DNA of 46,307 nucleotides from Alphaproteobacteria bacterium (GTDB lineage Bacteria; Pseudomonadota; Alphaproteobacteria; RF32; CAG-239): NCBI GenBank assembly GCA_045590955.1, contig JAZNSB010000012.1, positions 1 to 46,307 of the forward strand, read 5' to 3'. Shown piece by piece: positions 18,953 to 28,068 of this stretch (position 1 is its first letter; each line of letters starts with the position of its first letter). The notes under the pieces were generated by a model. It saw only the letters and a program-made list of their open reading frames with translations, ran no database searches and was not told where the DNA came from. The position numbers and the translations under genes were made by a program.

Positions 18953-20677
18953 ATGAAGAAATTTGTCGGTTGTTTGTTTTTAACGTTATTGTTGAATGCA
19001 TGTTCTTTTTTTGGGGAAAAAATCAACGTGGAACAACAAAATAATTTGGTGTTTGATGGGATTGCAGAAAAGTCTGCAACAAAATCAGATGTATATAATT
19101 CTATGGCAAGAGCTGCAAAGTATAATGTGGATGCAATTGCAAACAAAATGTTAAAACAAATTAAGGAAGCCAGACAACAGCCGGCAGCAACAAAGGCTTA
19201 CAATGTTTTCTATTCAGAATCCGAACAAAAAAATCAGACTCTAGATGCTGCGCTTATGTCTTTAGATAAGGCCGTTTTGTTTGGTCGTAGCGTAATATCC
19301 GAATCGTTGGAAGAAAATGATGCAAATGTGTATAAAAATGTGTCTGCAAATTTGGCATTATCTGCCATTGCTTTGCATAAAAAAGCAATGTTTGCAGACA
19401 GAAATGAAGAAAAAATAAGAAAAATTATTTCAAAAGAAGAAAAAGTAATAAAACAGTTGGAAGAAAAAGAAGAAAAATTGGGAGCTTTGAATGATCAGCA
19501 AAGAGAGTATTTACAAAGATTAAGAGAAGTGACTAATGTGTTTAAAGAAATTTATAATCGTTATGCCGCATGGATGCAGGACTATGATACGATGACAAAA
19601 AATAGAAATAAAAACATAAAATTGGAAGGTCGCAGATTTTATGAAATTTCTGATTTTGATGTGAATATGCCGGATGAAAAACTTTTTGCAATTGCAATGG
19701 AAAAAAATGATGTGTTTAAATTGGCAAAAAAAGAAAATGTAAAACTAAATTTGCAAAGAATAATGTCAGAAAATGTTGATTTATATCCGTATGTTCAAAA
19801 AATGGCAATCAACGGATATACCGTAAAAGATGAGCCTATGATGAAACAATTGCAAATAAGGGCAAAAAAAGCATCTGAAAAATTGCTGACTTCTGCAATG
19901 GCTTATGAAAGATTTAAAAATACAGAAAATAAAAATGTAGTATTGAATGATTTGATTCAGGCATCTTTGGTGCAGATTGCAACAATTAAACAAGGTGTGA
20001 TAGAAGCCGATCATATGCTAAAAGATATTTTAGATGCAAAGAAGAATTTGGATGATCAAATCAAGAAAATGGAAAAAAATTACAGGTTGCAAGATATGCA
20101 GAAGGTTGAACTGTTACACTTAAAGGCTCAGAAGTTTGGTTTGTTGGCGGAAGAAAGCATGTGGCAATCTCAAAGAGCAATTTTGTTGCGTTCTTTGTAT
20201 TTTGCATTGGGATTTAATCCGTTGGAAAAAAGAACAATGTTTGAAGAAATTGCAAAAATTTCTCAGAAATTAATAGATGTGTTTAATAAAGATGTGCCAC
20301 TGATTTTAAAAGCCTATGAAAAGAAAGAGGTGTTGCCTTTGAAAACACAAGGTTGGGCAGAAGGTGATAACTGGTTGGAAAATTTGATGGAAGAGCAAGC
20401 AAAAGTTAGAAAAGTATATAAATCTAAAAAAAATAACAACAACAACAAAGAATCTGTGTTGCAGTTAGGGGCTTTTGAACACGAAAAAAATGCTCAGAAT
20501 ATATGGAAGCATCTGTCAAACAAATATAAGGCTTTGGCTCAAATGGAGCATAAGATTGTTAAATCTGATGTTGCAGGTAAATTAATGAATAAGTTGCAAG
20601 TGTTTGCGCCCAGAAAATTTTTGCACGAACTGTGTAATGAAATAAAATCCGGTGGTGATGATTGTTTTGTATATTAA
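18953..20677 (+). CDS. Lipoprotein with divergent TolC-like helical region and C-terminal SPOR domain
   Basis: Lipobox LLNA-C; SMARAAKYNVD resembles the MARALKYNLD segment of some alphaproteobacterial TolC proteins; C-terminal VLQLGAF...NAQNIWKHL...LCNEIKSGGDDC is a SPOR pattern. The CDS is secure, the TolC assignment is tentative. Confidence 0.6.
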   Translation: MKKFVGCLFLTLLLNACSFFGEKINVEQQNNLVFDGIAEKSATKSDVYNSMARAAKYNVDAIANKMLKQIKEARQQPAATKAYNVFYSESEQKNQTLDAALMSLDKAVLFGRSVISESLEENDANVYKNVSANLALSAIALHKKAMFADRNEEKIRKIISKEEKVIKQLEEKEEKLGALNDQQREYLQRLREVTNVFKEIYNRYAAWMQDYDTMTKNRNKNIKLEGRRFYEISDFDVNMPDEKLFAIAMEKNDVFKLAKKENVKLNLQRIMSENVDLYPYVQKMAINGYTVKDEPMMKQLQIRAKKASEKLLTSAMAYERFKNTENKNVVLNDLIQASLVQIATIKQGVIEADHMLKDILDAKKNLDDQIKKMEKNYRLQDMQKVELLHLKAQKFGLLAEESMWQSQRAILLRSLYFALGFNPLEKRTMFEEIAKISQKLIDVFNKDVPLILKAYEKKEVLPLKTQGWAEGDNWLENLMEEQAKVRKVYKSKKNNNNNKESVLQLGAFEHEKNAQNIWKHLSNKYKALAQMEHKIVKSDVAGKLMNKLQVFAPRKFLHELCNEIKSGGDDCFVY

Positions 20678-20681
20678 AAGG

Positions 20682-20710
20682 TTGAAAAAAAATAATATAA
20701 ATGATATAAT
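20682..20710 (+). promoter_or_regulatory. sigma70 promoter upstream of the pentapeptide-repeat gene
   Basis: TTGAAA(20682-20687)-N17-TATAAT(20705-20710) with extended -10 TG at 20702-20703. Confidence 0.7.
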
Positions 20711-20736
20711 CTAAGAACTTTTTAAGGAAATGCTTG

Positions 20737-21852
20737 ATGGTAGGGTTCTTTTCAAAATCTAAAAAAAAGCTAATAAAACCATTGACGATGGATATGGTAA
20801 GTGAAGTTCATTGGTCAAGTGTTTCTACAATTAATCAAAATGATGGAAATCCTGACGCAGAAAATTATTCAGGAAAAATTTTAATAAAACAAAGTTTTCA
20901 AAGTGCAAATTTGAAAAATGCAAGTTTTTCTGTAGCAAATTTAACAGAAGCAGATTTTTCAAAAGCAAATCTGGAAGGCGCTGATTTTTCCGGTGCTAAT
21001 CTTACAGGTGTAAATTTTGCCGGAGCAAATCTTTCAGGGGCGGTTTTCAACGGTGCGGTTTTAAAAGAAACAAATTTTACCGGTGCAAATTTGAATGGTG
21101 TCCGCTTAGTTGATGCAGATATTGAAGATGCTATATTGATAGATGCAATTTTAGATGAAATTGCAATTAAAGATTTGCAAGAATTGGTGGAATTTTTGGC
21201 AAAATATTATCCACACAAGCTTAATTTATCTAAATTAAATTTAACAATGCTTGATTTGACCAAGGTTGATTTGACTAAGGTAAATCTTAAAGGTGTGGAT
21301 TTTACCGGTGTTAGTTTTGTGGGAATAAATATATATGAGCTTGATTTGAGTGAATGTGTTATTACTCCGCAACAAATAGAACAAGCCATTGGACATAAGC
21401 CAACTCCGGAAGAATTAAAAAAGATTTTAGCACCTAAACCAAAGCCGAAAGCTTCAAAGCCGCAGTCTGTGGATTTAACATCTATGTTTTATGATGATGG
21501 TTCCGAATTTGGAATGATAAATGCTTGGAAATATAAAGGTTTGGATATTACTAAGCAAATGTTTATTGGAAAACAGGTATTTAAAGACGGAGCCAAAAGG
21601 CCAGAGCAAAAAAATGAACAAGAAGGTGAATCTTTAATAGATTCCAAAGAAATGGCAAAAAGACAGGCAATTAAAAGCAAAATAGAAAAAAGAAAAGAAG
21701 AAGAACGCATTTCAAGACAGCAAAAGAAAAATGAAGTTGAACAACAAATGCAAGAAAAAAAACAAGAAAAAAGCAGTAGAGATGACTTTGATGAACAAAT
21801 AAAACAAAAAATCAAGGACTTTAATTTTAGAGGTAAGGAACGTGATTATTGA
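20737..21852 (+). CDS. Pentapeptide-repeat protein with charged C-terminal tail
   Basis: ANLKNASFSVANLTEADFSKANLEGADFSGANLTGVNFAGANLSGAVF... then a second block NLSKLNLTMLDLTKVDLTKVNLKGVDF; E/K/Q-rich tail. Confidence 0.92.
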   Translation: MVGFFSKSKKKLIKPLTMDMVSEVHWSSVSTINQNDGNPDAENYSGKILIKQSFQSANLKNASFSVANLTEADFSKANLEGADFSGANLTGVNFAGANLSGAVFNGAVLKETNFTGANLNGVRLVDADIEDAILIDAILDEIAIKDLQELVEFLAKYYPHKLNLSKLNLTMLDLTKVDLTKVNLKGVDFTGVSFVGINIYELDLSECVITPQQIEQAIGHKPTPEELKKILAPKPKPKASKPQSVDLTSMFYDDGSEFGMINAWKYKGLDITKQMFIGKQVFKDGAKRPEQKNEQEGESLIDSKEMAKRQAIKSKIEKRKEEERISRQQKKNEVEQQMQEKKQEKSSRDDFDEQIKQKIKDFNFRGKERDY

Positions 21853-23665
21853 AATACTGTTTTTATCATTTGTTGCAGCAAGCGTTCTTTTGTGCCTTAG
21901 ATTGGTAACTTTTATAAAAAAATGTTCTCGTGATGATGCTGTATATAGGCATTTTGCAGAAGAAAAAGATGTAGAAAAAATCGGACTTTTTTCCGGAACT
22001 AAATTTAGGATTGGTTATTTTTTCGGTAAGAAAATCAGGCTTACAGATTCATATCCTTTATTGTTGTTGGGTAAAATAGGTACAAAAAAAACTTCTGCGG
22101 TGGTGGTTCCTAATATACTTGAAAGTAAAAAAAGCCACATGTTTATTGTGGATGAAAAGGGTTCTGTGGCAAGATATACAGCAAGATACAGGAACTCTTT
22201 GGGAAAGACTACAATTTTTGATTGGGACCTTTTGGACAATAAAGATATGTTTGCAAAGTGGAATCCTATGGATGAGCAAAACTTGCCCCAGGATGAAGTT
22301 TTTAGGCAAAAATATATCCAATGTATGGTCAAGGGTTTGTTTTATAATACCAACATCAACCAAGACAAAGAAGATATTTATTGGCAAACAATGGCTGAGA
22401 ATGTTTTAACGGGAATTATGTTTTTTAACATCCAAAGGGTAAAGCAAGCTTGCGCAAATGACTATTTTTTGGAAAAACTTATAAAAGATTTACCTTTGTC
22501 AGAAAATGATAAGCAGATTTTGAACAGTTATTATCAAAATATGCCGGAAAGGTATGTGGCAAAGATTAAAAAACAAATTAAAACACACTCAATAACAATT
22601 AAGAATTATGTTCCTATCGGAAGTTGGGCGGGAATTAAAGAGGCCTGGCGAGGAAGAGAGCTTTCACTTCCAATGATTGCTGATACTTTATACCAAGATT
22701 ATTATGATGCAGAAGCAGATAATGAAGCAAAAATAGTGCAAAATATATTGTATAGATATATGGAAGAGGCAAATTTATTTGCTTATGATTTTGATTACAG
22801 AAAGTATTTTGCAGAAGTTTTTAATATGAGTGAACTGCAATCAAAGGTTTTGTTCGGAAAAATTTTGCAAGCGTTGGCGGTGTTTAAGCAACAGTCGATC
22901 AGAGAAAGATTGTCAGATAATGATTATTGTATGGCAGATATGAGTAAAAAATCTGATGAAAAAATTACGGTGTACAACATAACCAAAAGTAAAAATGCAA
23001 AAATAATTGGGCGAATCTTTACGGATTTGCAGATGATGTATTGCATTTATGCTAGAGGCGAGCAAGATCAAAGTTCGGTATTTGTTTTGGATGACGTAGT
23101 TTTGTTGCCTAAATTAAATTTTCTGACAGAAGCTTTAATGCGGGGACAGTATTACGGAATGCGCTTTTTATTATCTGTCAGAGATTTGAGATTGTTATAT
23201 TATTTGTATGGAAAAGATGATGTGGAATCTATAGTGGCAAATACACCGCATAAGTTGTTGTTTGGAGAAAATGCTGAAGATATATTGTCAAATTTAAATG
23301 GTTTGACCAAATTTGGAACAAAGTCAATTCAAGTACAAAAAACAGAAATTTTATCATTGCTTAAAAATAAAAAAGCTTTGAATGATTCTGCTTATTATAA
23401 AAGAGTGGCATGGTATTTTGAAAAGATTATTAAAAAGAACGTTTGGAACGCAGAAAAGTTTTTGTTTATGCATTCTCAATACTATCATCTGCCAATTTTA
23501 TGTGATAAACGAAGCTTTATTAAAGACGAGTATTTATATGAAAAGAGTCTTGGTGAGTTTATGTGTCAGGTGGATTATGAAACAGTAAAAAATAGAAAAG
23601 AAAAATCTTTGACAGTTCCATGTTTTGAATATAAAACAGAAAAAACAAAACAAAAGCCAAAATAA
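21842..23665 (+). CDS. VirD4/TraG-like type IV coupling protein, motif-degenerate (GTG start; possible frameshifted extension to 23772)
   Basis: N-terminal TM; LLLLGKIGTKKTSAVVVPNIL (Walker A region), FIVDEKG, KWNPMD, YWQTMAENVLTG, VFVLDDVVLLPKL...ALMRGQYYGMRFLLSV...LYGKD..ESIVAN (TraG-D C-terminal pattern). Confidence 0.82.
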   Translation: MIIEILFLSFVAASVLLCLRLVTFIKKCSRDDAVYRHFAEEKDVEKIGLFSGTKFRIGYFFGKKIRLTDSYPLLLLGKIGTKKTSAVVVPNILESKKSHMFIVDEKGSVARYTARYRNSLGKTTIFDWDLLDNKDMFAKWNPMDEQNLPQDEVFRQKYIQCMVKGLFYNTNINQDKEDIYWQTMAENVLTGIMFFNIQRVKQACANDYFLEKLIKDLPLSENDKQILNSYYQNMPERYVAKIKKQIKTHSITIKNYVPIGSWAGIKEAWRGRELSLPMIADTLYQDYYDAEADNEAKIVQNILYRYMEEANLFAYDFDYRKYFAEVFNMSELQSKVLFGKILQALAVFKQQSIRERLSDNDYCMADMSKKSDEKITVYNITKSKNAKIIGRIFTDLQMMYCIYARGEQDQSSVFVLDDVVLLPKLNFLTEALMRGQYYGMRFLLSVRDLRLLYYLYGKDDVESIVANTPHKLLFGENAEDILSNLNGLTKFGTKSIQVQKTEILSLLKNKKALNDSAYYKRVAWYFEKIIKKNVWNAEKFLFMHSQYYHLPILCDKRSFIKDEYLYEKSLGEFMCQVDYETVKNRKEKSLTVPCFEYKTEKTKQKPK

Positions 23666-23788
23666 AAGAGCCGAAACAAAAAAATGCATCTGATGTAGAG
23701 GGAGATTGGTGGTTGGATGAACAAAATTTTGAAAAAACACAAACAATAAATAAAATAAATCCGTTTTCTTAGATGAAAGTGATAAATA

Positions 23789-25093
23789 ATGGGTGATACA
23801 TTGTTTTCTACACAAATAAAAAGACCTTTGGCAGATAGGCTAAGACCAAAATCTTTTGATGAAGTGGTGGGGCAAGATCATTTGGTGAAAGAAGATGCAC
23901 CATTGGGGAGAATGCTGTTTAATAAAACAGTGTCTTCTTTTATATTGTGGGGCCCTCCCGGATCAGGCAAAACAACAATTGCAAGACTTATGGCGGAAAA
24001 TACAAATTTGTATTTTGAGCAAATATCTGCTATATTTTCGGGTGTTGCAGACCTTAAAAAGGTGTTTTCTTTTGCTAAAGAAAGAAGTGCAACTCAGGGC
24101 AAAGGTACGCTATTATTCGTAGATGAAATTCATAGATTTAATAAATCTCAACAAGATGCTTTTTTACCGTTTGTGGAAGATGGAACAATTGTGCTGGTAG
24201 GAGCTACAACAGAAAATCCTTCTTTTGAATTAAACAGTGCTTTGTTATCCAGATGTCAGGTGTTTGTATTAAACAGGCTGAATGAAGAAAATTTTGAAGA
24301 ACTTTTGCAAAGAGCAGAAGCACAAATGGAAAAGAAACTTCCCCTTACTCAAGAGGCCAGAGAATTTTTAAAATCTATGGGTGATGGCGATGGCAGGTAT
24401 ATATTGAATTTGGCAGAAAGTGTGTTTGCATATGCCAAGTACAATGAGATATTTGATAAAGATGATTTAATAAAAATTATAAGGACCAGATCTCCACAAT
24501 ATGATAAAGAGAGAGACGGGCATTATAATTTGATTTCTGCGGTGCATAAATCAATAAGAGGTTCTGATGTTGATGCTGCAATGTATTGGGTAACAAGAAT
24601 GTTGGAATCTGGAGAAGACCCAAAGTATTTGTTGCGACGACTGACAAGAATTGCCATAGAAGATATTTCTTTGGCAGATCCAAATGCTGTGACGCAAGCA
24701 ATTGCATGTTGTGAAGTATATGATCGTTTGGGTTCGCCGGAAGGAGATTTGGCTCTAATGCAACTTACGGCATATTTAGCAACAGCTCCAAAATCTGCAG
24801 CAGTGTATAAAAGTTTTTATGCAGTAAAAGATTTTGTGAGAAAAACAGGCTCTTTGATGCCTCCAAAGCATATATTAAATGCACCAACAAAATTGATGAA
24901 AGAACTGGGATATAATCAGGGATATGTTTATGACCAAGACTTGGAAGATGCATTTTCCGGACAAAACTATTTTCCAAATGAAGTGGAAAGACAAAAGTTT
25001 TATTATCCGGTGGAAAGAGGTTTTGAGAGAGAAATTAAAAAACGAATCCAGTATTTTGATACATTGAGAAAAGAAAAAAATAAAGGTAAATAA
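23789..25093 (+). CDS. rarA: Replication-associated recombination protein A (MgsA/RarA)
   Basis: RPLADRLRP...LWGPPGSGKTT...LFVDEIHRFNKSQQD...GATTENPSF...SAVHKSIRGSD. Confidence 0.98.
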   Translation: MGDTLFSTQIKRPLADRLRPKSFDEVVGQDHLVKEDAPLGRMLFNKTVSSFILWGPPGSGKTTIARLMAENTNLYFEQISAIFSGVADLKKVFSFAKERSATQGKGTLLFVDEIHRFNKSQQDAFLPFVEDGTIVLVGATTENPSFELNSALLSRCQVFVLNRLNEENFEELLQRAEAQMEKKLPLTQEAREFLKSMGDGDGRYILNLAESVFAYAKYNEIFDKDDLIKIIRTRSPQYDKERDGHYNLISAVHKSIRGSDVDAAMYWVTRMLESGEDPKYLLRRLTRIAIEDISLADPNAVTQAIACCEVYDRLGSPEGDLALMQLTAYLATAPKSAAVYKSFYAVKDFVRKTGSLMPPKHILNAPTKLMKELGYNQGYVYDQDLEDAFSGQNYFPNEVERQKFYYPVERGFEREIKKRIQYFDTLRKEKNKGK

Positions 25094-25996
25094 ATGTCTG
25101 AAGTAAAGTTGATAAAAGTATTGTCGCAAGATGACAATATGAGAATAAACAGATGGTTTTTGAAATACTATCCAAGTTTGCCGTTGTCCAGACTGCAGAA
25201 ACTTTTGCGCACAAAACAAATAAAAGTTAACGGCAAAAAAGCAGAAATAAATTTAAAATTGCAAAAAAATGATGAAATCAGAATTCCGCCGATAAATGAA
25301 GATCCAATTAAAAAAGAAGATAAAAAAATATCAGTTAAAGATGAAGCCAGAATGAAAGAAATGGTAATCTATAAAGATGAAAAAATTTTGGTACTTAATA
25401 AACCTAATGGTTTAGCCGTTCAAGGCGGAACAAATACTATACGCCATATTGATGCAATGCTTGATGCCTTGAAGTTTGAAAATGATGAAAAACCGAAATT
25501 GGTTCATAGAATAGATAAAGACACCAGCGGAGTATTGCTTTTGGCTAGAAATAGAAAAACGGCAGAATTGCTAATCAGTTCTTTTAAAAAACACAGTTTA
25601 CCTAAAACATATTTGGCATTGGTTAAAGGATGCCCAAAGGAAAAAAGCGGAACCATAAATTTGCCGATTGATGATAAGAAAGCTATAACCGTTTATAAAG
25701 TAATAGATAATGTAGGAAAAAAATTTGCTTTGTTAGAATGTAATCCGCTTACAGGCAGAAAACATCAGATAAGAATCCATTTACAATCTATTGACACACC
25801 AATTGTTGGAGATGATAAATATAATTTTGATAAAATAAAAATGGATAACATATCTTCAAAAATGCATTTACATGCTTATAAAATGGATTTGTCTGCAATA
25901 TGCAGTAAAAAATTAATAGTAACTGCAAAATTGCCGGAATTTTTTAAACAAGATATTGAAACATTGGGGATGAAATCAGATGTTAAAAGTGCTTAA
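25094..25996 (+). CDS. RluA-family pseudouridine synthase with S4 domain (RluC-like)
   Basis: N-terminal S4 (RINRWF...LLRTKQIKVNGKK); LNKPNGLAVQGG, HRIDKDTSG, TGRKHQIRIH, PIVGDDKY. Confidence 0.95.
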   Translation: MSEVKLIKVLSQDDNMRINRWFLKYYPSLPLSRLQKLLRTKQIKVNGKKAEINLKLQKNDEIRIPPINEDPIKKEDKKISVKDEARMKEMVIYKDEKILVLNKPNGLAVQGGTNTIRHIDAMLDALKFENDEKPKLVHRIDKDTSGVLLLARNRKTAELLISSFKKHSLPKTYLALVKGCPKEKSGTINLPIDDKKAITVYKVIDNVGKKFALLECNPLTGRKHQIRIHLQSIDTPIVGDDKYNFDKIKMDNISSKMHLHAYKMDLSAICSKKLIVTAKLPEFFKQDIETLGMKSDVKSA

Positions 25997-28067
25997 AGTT
26001 GCGGGAAGTGTTTTACTTAGTTTTATTATCGTTTTTGTAGGTGTTGCTTTTTATTTTGTTAAAAATTTAGATTTAAATAAATATACAAAATATGCAGAAG
26101 ACATTGTGTATGAGGCAACAGGAAGAAAATTGTTTGTGCAAGGAAAAGTAGATTTAGCTTTGTCTTTTGTGCCAACAATTGTGATTAATGACGTAAAGTT
26201 TGCTAATGCAGAATGGGCAAAAAATGAATATATGGCAGAATCTGAAAGGTTTGAAATAAAACTTTCTTTGCCGCAATTATTGCATAAAAAATTGCTGATA
26301 GATAAGGTTTTGTTGGAAAATGCAAAGTTAAATTTAGAAGTTTCTGAAGATGGACAGAAAAACTGGATTATGCAAAGTACGAAAAAAACAATAAACAAAA
26401 CCATTGGGGCAATGGCGGTTGCAAATCCGGATGTGGATATAAATAATGTAAATGCGGCAAGTTCTTTGCTGGCCGGGTTTATGGCAAAACATGCTTTGTT
26501 GGAAAATGCAGATGTTGTTTATGATAATTTGCAGACAAAACAAAAACAGGTTGTGCAAATAGAAGTATTGAAAATGAATCAAGATTTGCAGAGTATAAAA
26601 CTGGATTTAAAAGCCATTTTTAATGGAGAAAAGATATCGCTAAATGCAACAGCAGGAGCATTGGAAGATGTATTTAAAGCAGATAAAGAATATCCGATTG
26701 CTCTAAAAATAAGAGCTTTTGGTGCAAATGTACAAGTAAATGCAAACGTGCTTGATTTGTTGGGAAATGTTGCATATGCAGCCAATGTAAATCTTGAGAG
26801 CCCTTTGGGAAATTATAAATTACCGCAAATACAAATGGTGTCAGATGTAAGTGGTGATTTGTATCAGTCAGATATACAGTTAAAGAAGCTTAAATTAAAT
26901 AACAACATCTTAGCAGGAAATGTTTTTGCTGATTGGCAAAATACTTTGCTGTATGTAAAAGCAAATTTGCAGACAGATAAGCTGGATATTGCAAATTTGA
27001 TAACAAATAAAAAACAAGCATGGAATATATTGCCTGTGGCAAATGCGGCTATGTATGTGCCAAATGATAAGGTAGATTATGCCTTGTTAAAACAGCTTAA
27101 TGCAGATGTTGTGTTGAGCGCAAAACAAATTATATTGCCAAACACCCTTGAATTAAAAAATGTTAAAGCAGATGCAAGTCTGAGCAACGGAGTTTTAGAT
27201 GTTAAAAATTTTGCAACAGATATAGCACAAGGAACGCTAAATGCAAATGCCAAGGTAAATGCAAATAATCAGCAGATTGTTTTGGATATTAAGGCAAATA
27301 ATATACAAATAAAAGATTTGCATAAGGAGTTTATTGCAGAAGGCACACAAGACTTTGGAATATTATCTGGTGGAAATTTGAAAATTCAAACAAATTTAAT
27401 TACCCATGGTCAGACATATAGAAATTTGATTGAAAACTTGGACGGACGCTTTGTGGCGATTGTAGGAGAAACGGTTTTTCAGGCAGGAAGTTTGAACTTT
27501 TTGCGTTTCAGCTTTTTAAATGAATTGCTTAAGGCAATAAATTTTGCAAGTGTGGCAGGAGATAAAAATTGGAAAATGTCTTGCGGTGTGGTAAGAGCAG
27601 ATTTTGCAAAAAATATGGCAATTTTTCCAAATTCAATTGCATTTAGCTCTTCTGATCTTAATTTGACAATGGACGGAAGTATAAATTTGATAAATGACAA
27701 GATTGATTTTACGGTTAGTCCGTCAGCAAGAAAAATAAAGGATACAAACATTAGTCAGATGTTGTCTTCTTTGGTCAAAATAGAAGGAACAATCACAAAT
27801 CCAAAAATTTTGGTTAATGCTCAAGGTGCTATGAATGCTGTTGTGGGATTTATGACAACAGGCGGAATTTACGGAGGATCTAAGATGTTGTTGGATAGAA
27901 ACACCAGTCCGTGTTATAGTGCTTTAGAGGGAACCGGTTTTGAAAAACAATTTCCAAAACCAAATGTTTCTCAGAGAATTTATAACGATACATCCAAAGA
28001 GATTGATAAAGGAATTGAACTTTTGGGAAACGCTGCAAAATCTTTGTTTAAAAAACTGAGTAAATAA
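25980..28067 (+). CDS. AsmA family protein
   Basis: N-terminal TM anchor, YEATGRKLFVQG..LALSFVPTIVINDVKFANAEWA, beta-taenin-like body, C-terminal LVKIEGTITNPK. Confidence 0.88.
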   Translation: MLKVLKVAGSVLLSFIIVFVGVAFYFVKNLDLNKYTKYAEDIVYEATGRKLFVQGKVDLALSFVPTIVINDVKFANAEWAKNEYMAESERFEIKLSLPQLLHKKLLIDKVLLENAKLNLEVSEDGQKNWIMQSTKKTINKTIGAMAVANPDVDINNVNAASSLLAGFMAKHALLENADVVYDNLQTKQKQVVQIEVLKMNQDLQSIKLDLKAIFNGEKISLNATAGALEDVFKADKEYPIALKIRAFGANVQVNANVLDLLGNVAYAANVNLESPLGNYKLPQIQMVSDVSGDLYQSDIQLKKLKLNNNILAGNVFADWQNTLLYVKANLQTDKLDIANLITNKKQAWNILPVANAAMYVPNDKVDYALLKQLNADVVLSAKQIILPNTLELKNVKADASLSNGVLDVKNFATDIAQGTLNANAKVNANNQQIVLDIKANNIQIKDLHKEFIAEGTQDFGILSGGNLKIQTNLITHGQTYRNLIENLDGRFVAIVGETVFQAGSLNFLRFSFLNELLKAINFASVAGDKNWKMSCGVVRADFAKNMAIFPNSIAFSSSDLNLTMDGSINLINDKIDFTVSPSARKIKDTNISQMLSSLVKIEGTITNPKILVNAQGAMNAVVGFMTTGGIYGGSKMLLDRNTSPCYSALEGTGFEKQFPKPNVSQRIYNDTSKEIDKGIELLGNAAKSLFKKLSK

Positions 28068-28068
28068 T

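Noticed and set aside
20432-20446. AAT(AAC)4 run in the TolC-like/SPOR gene as a phase-variation site
   Set aside because: An in-frame trinucleotide encoding a short Asn linker; length changes would not shift frame.
18953-23772. Prophage, ICE or genomic island around the virD4-like gene
   Set aside because: No integrase, relaxase, virB, tRNA or flanking direct repeats seen, and the genes run straight into core genes.
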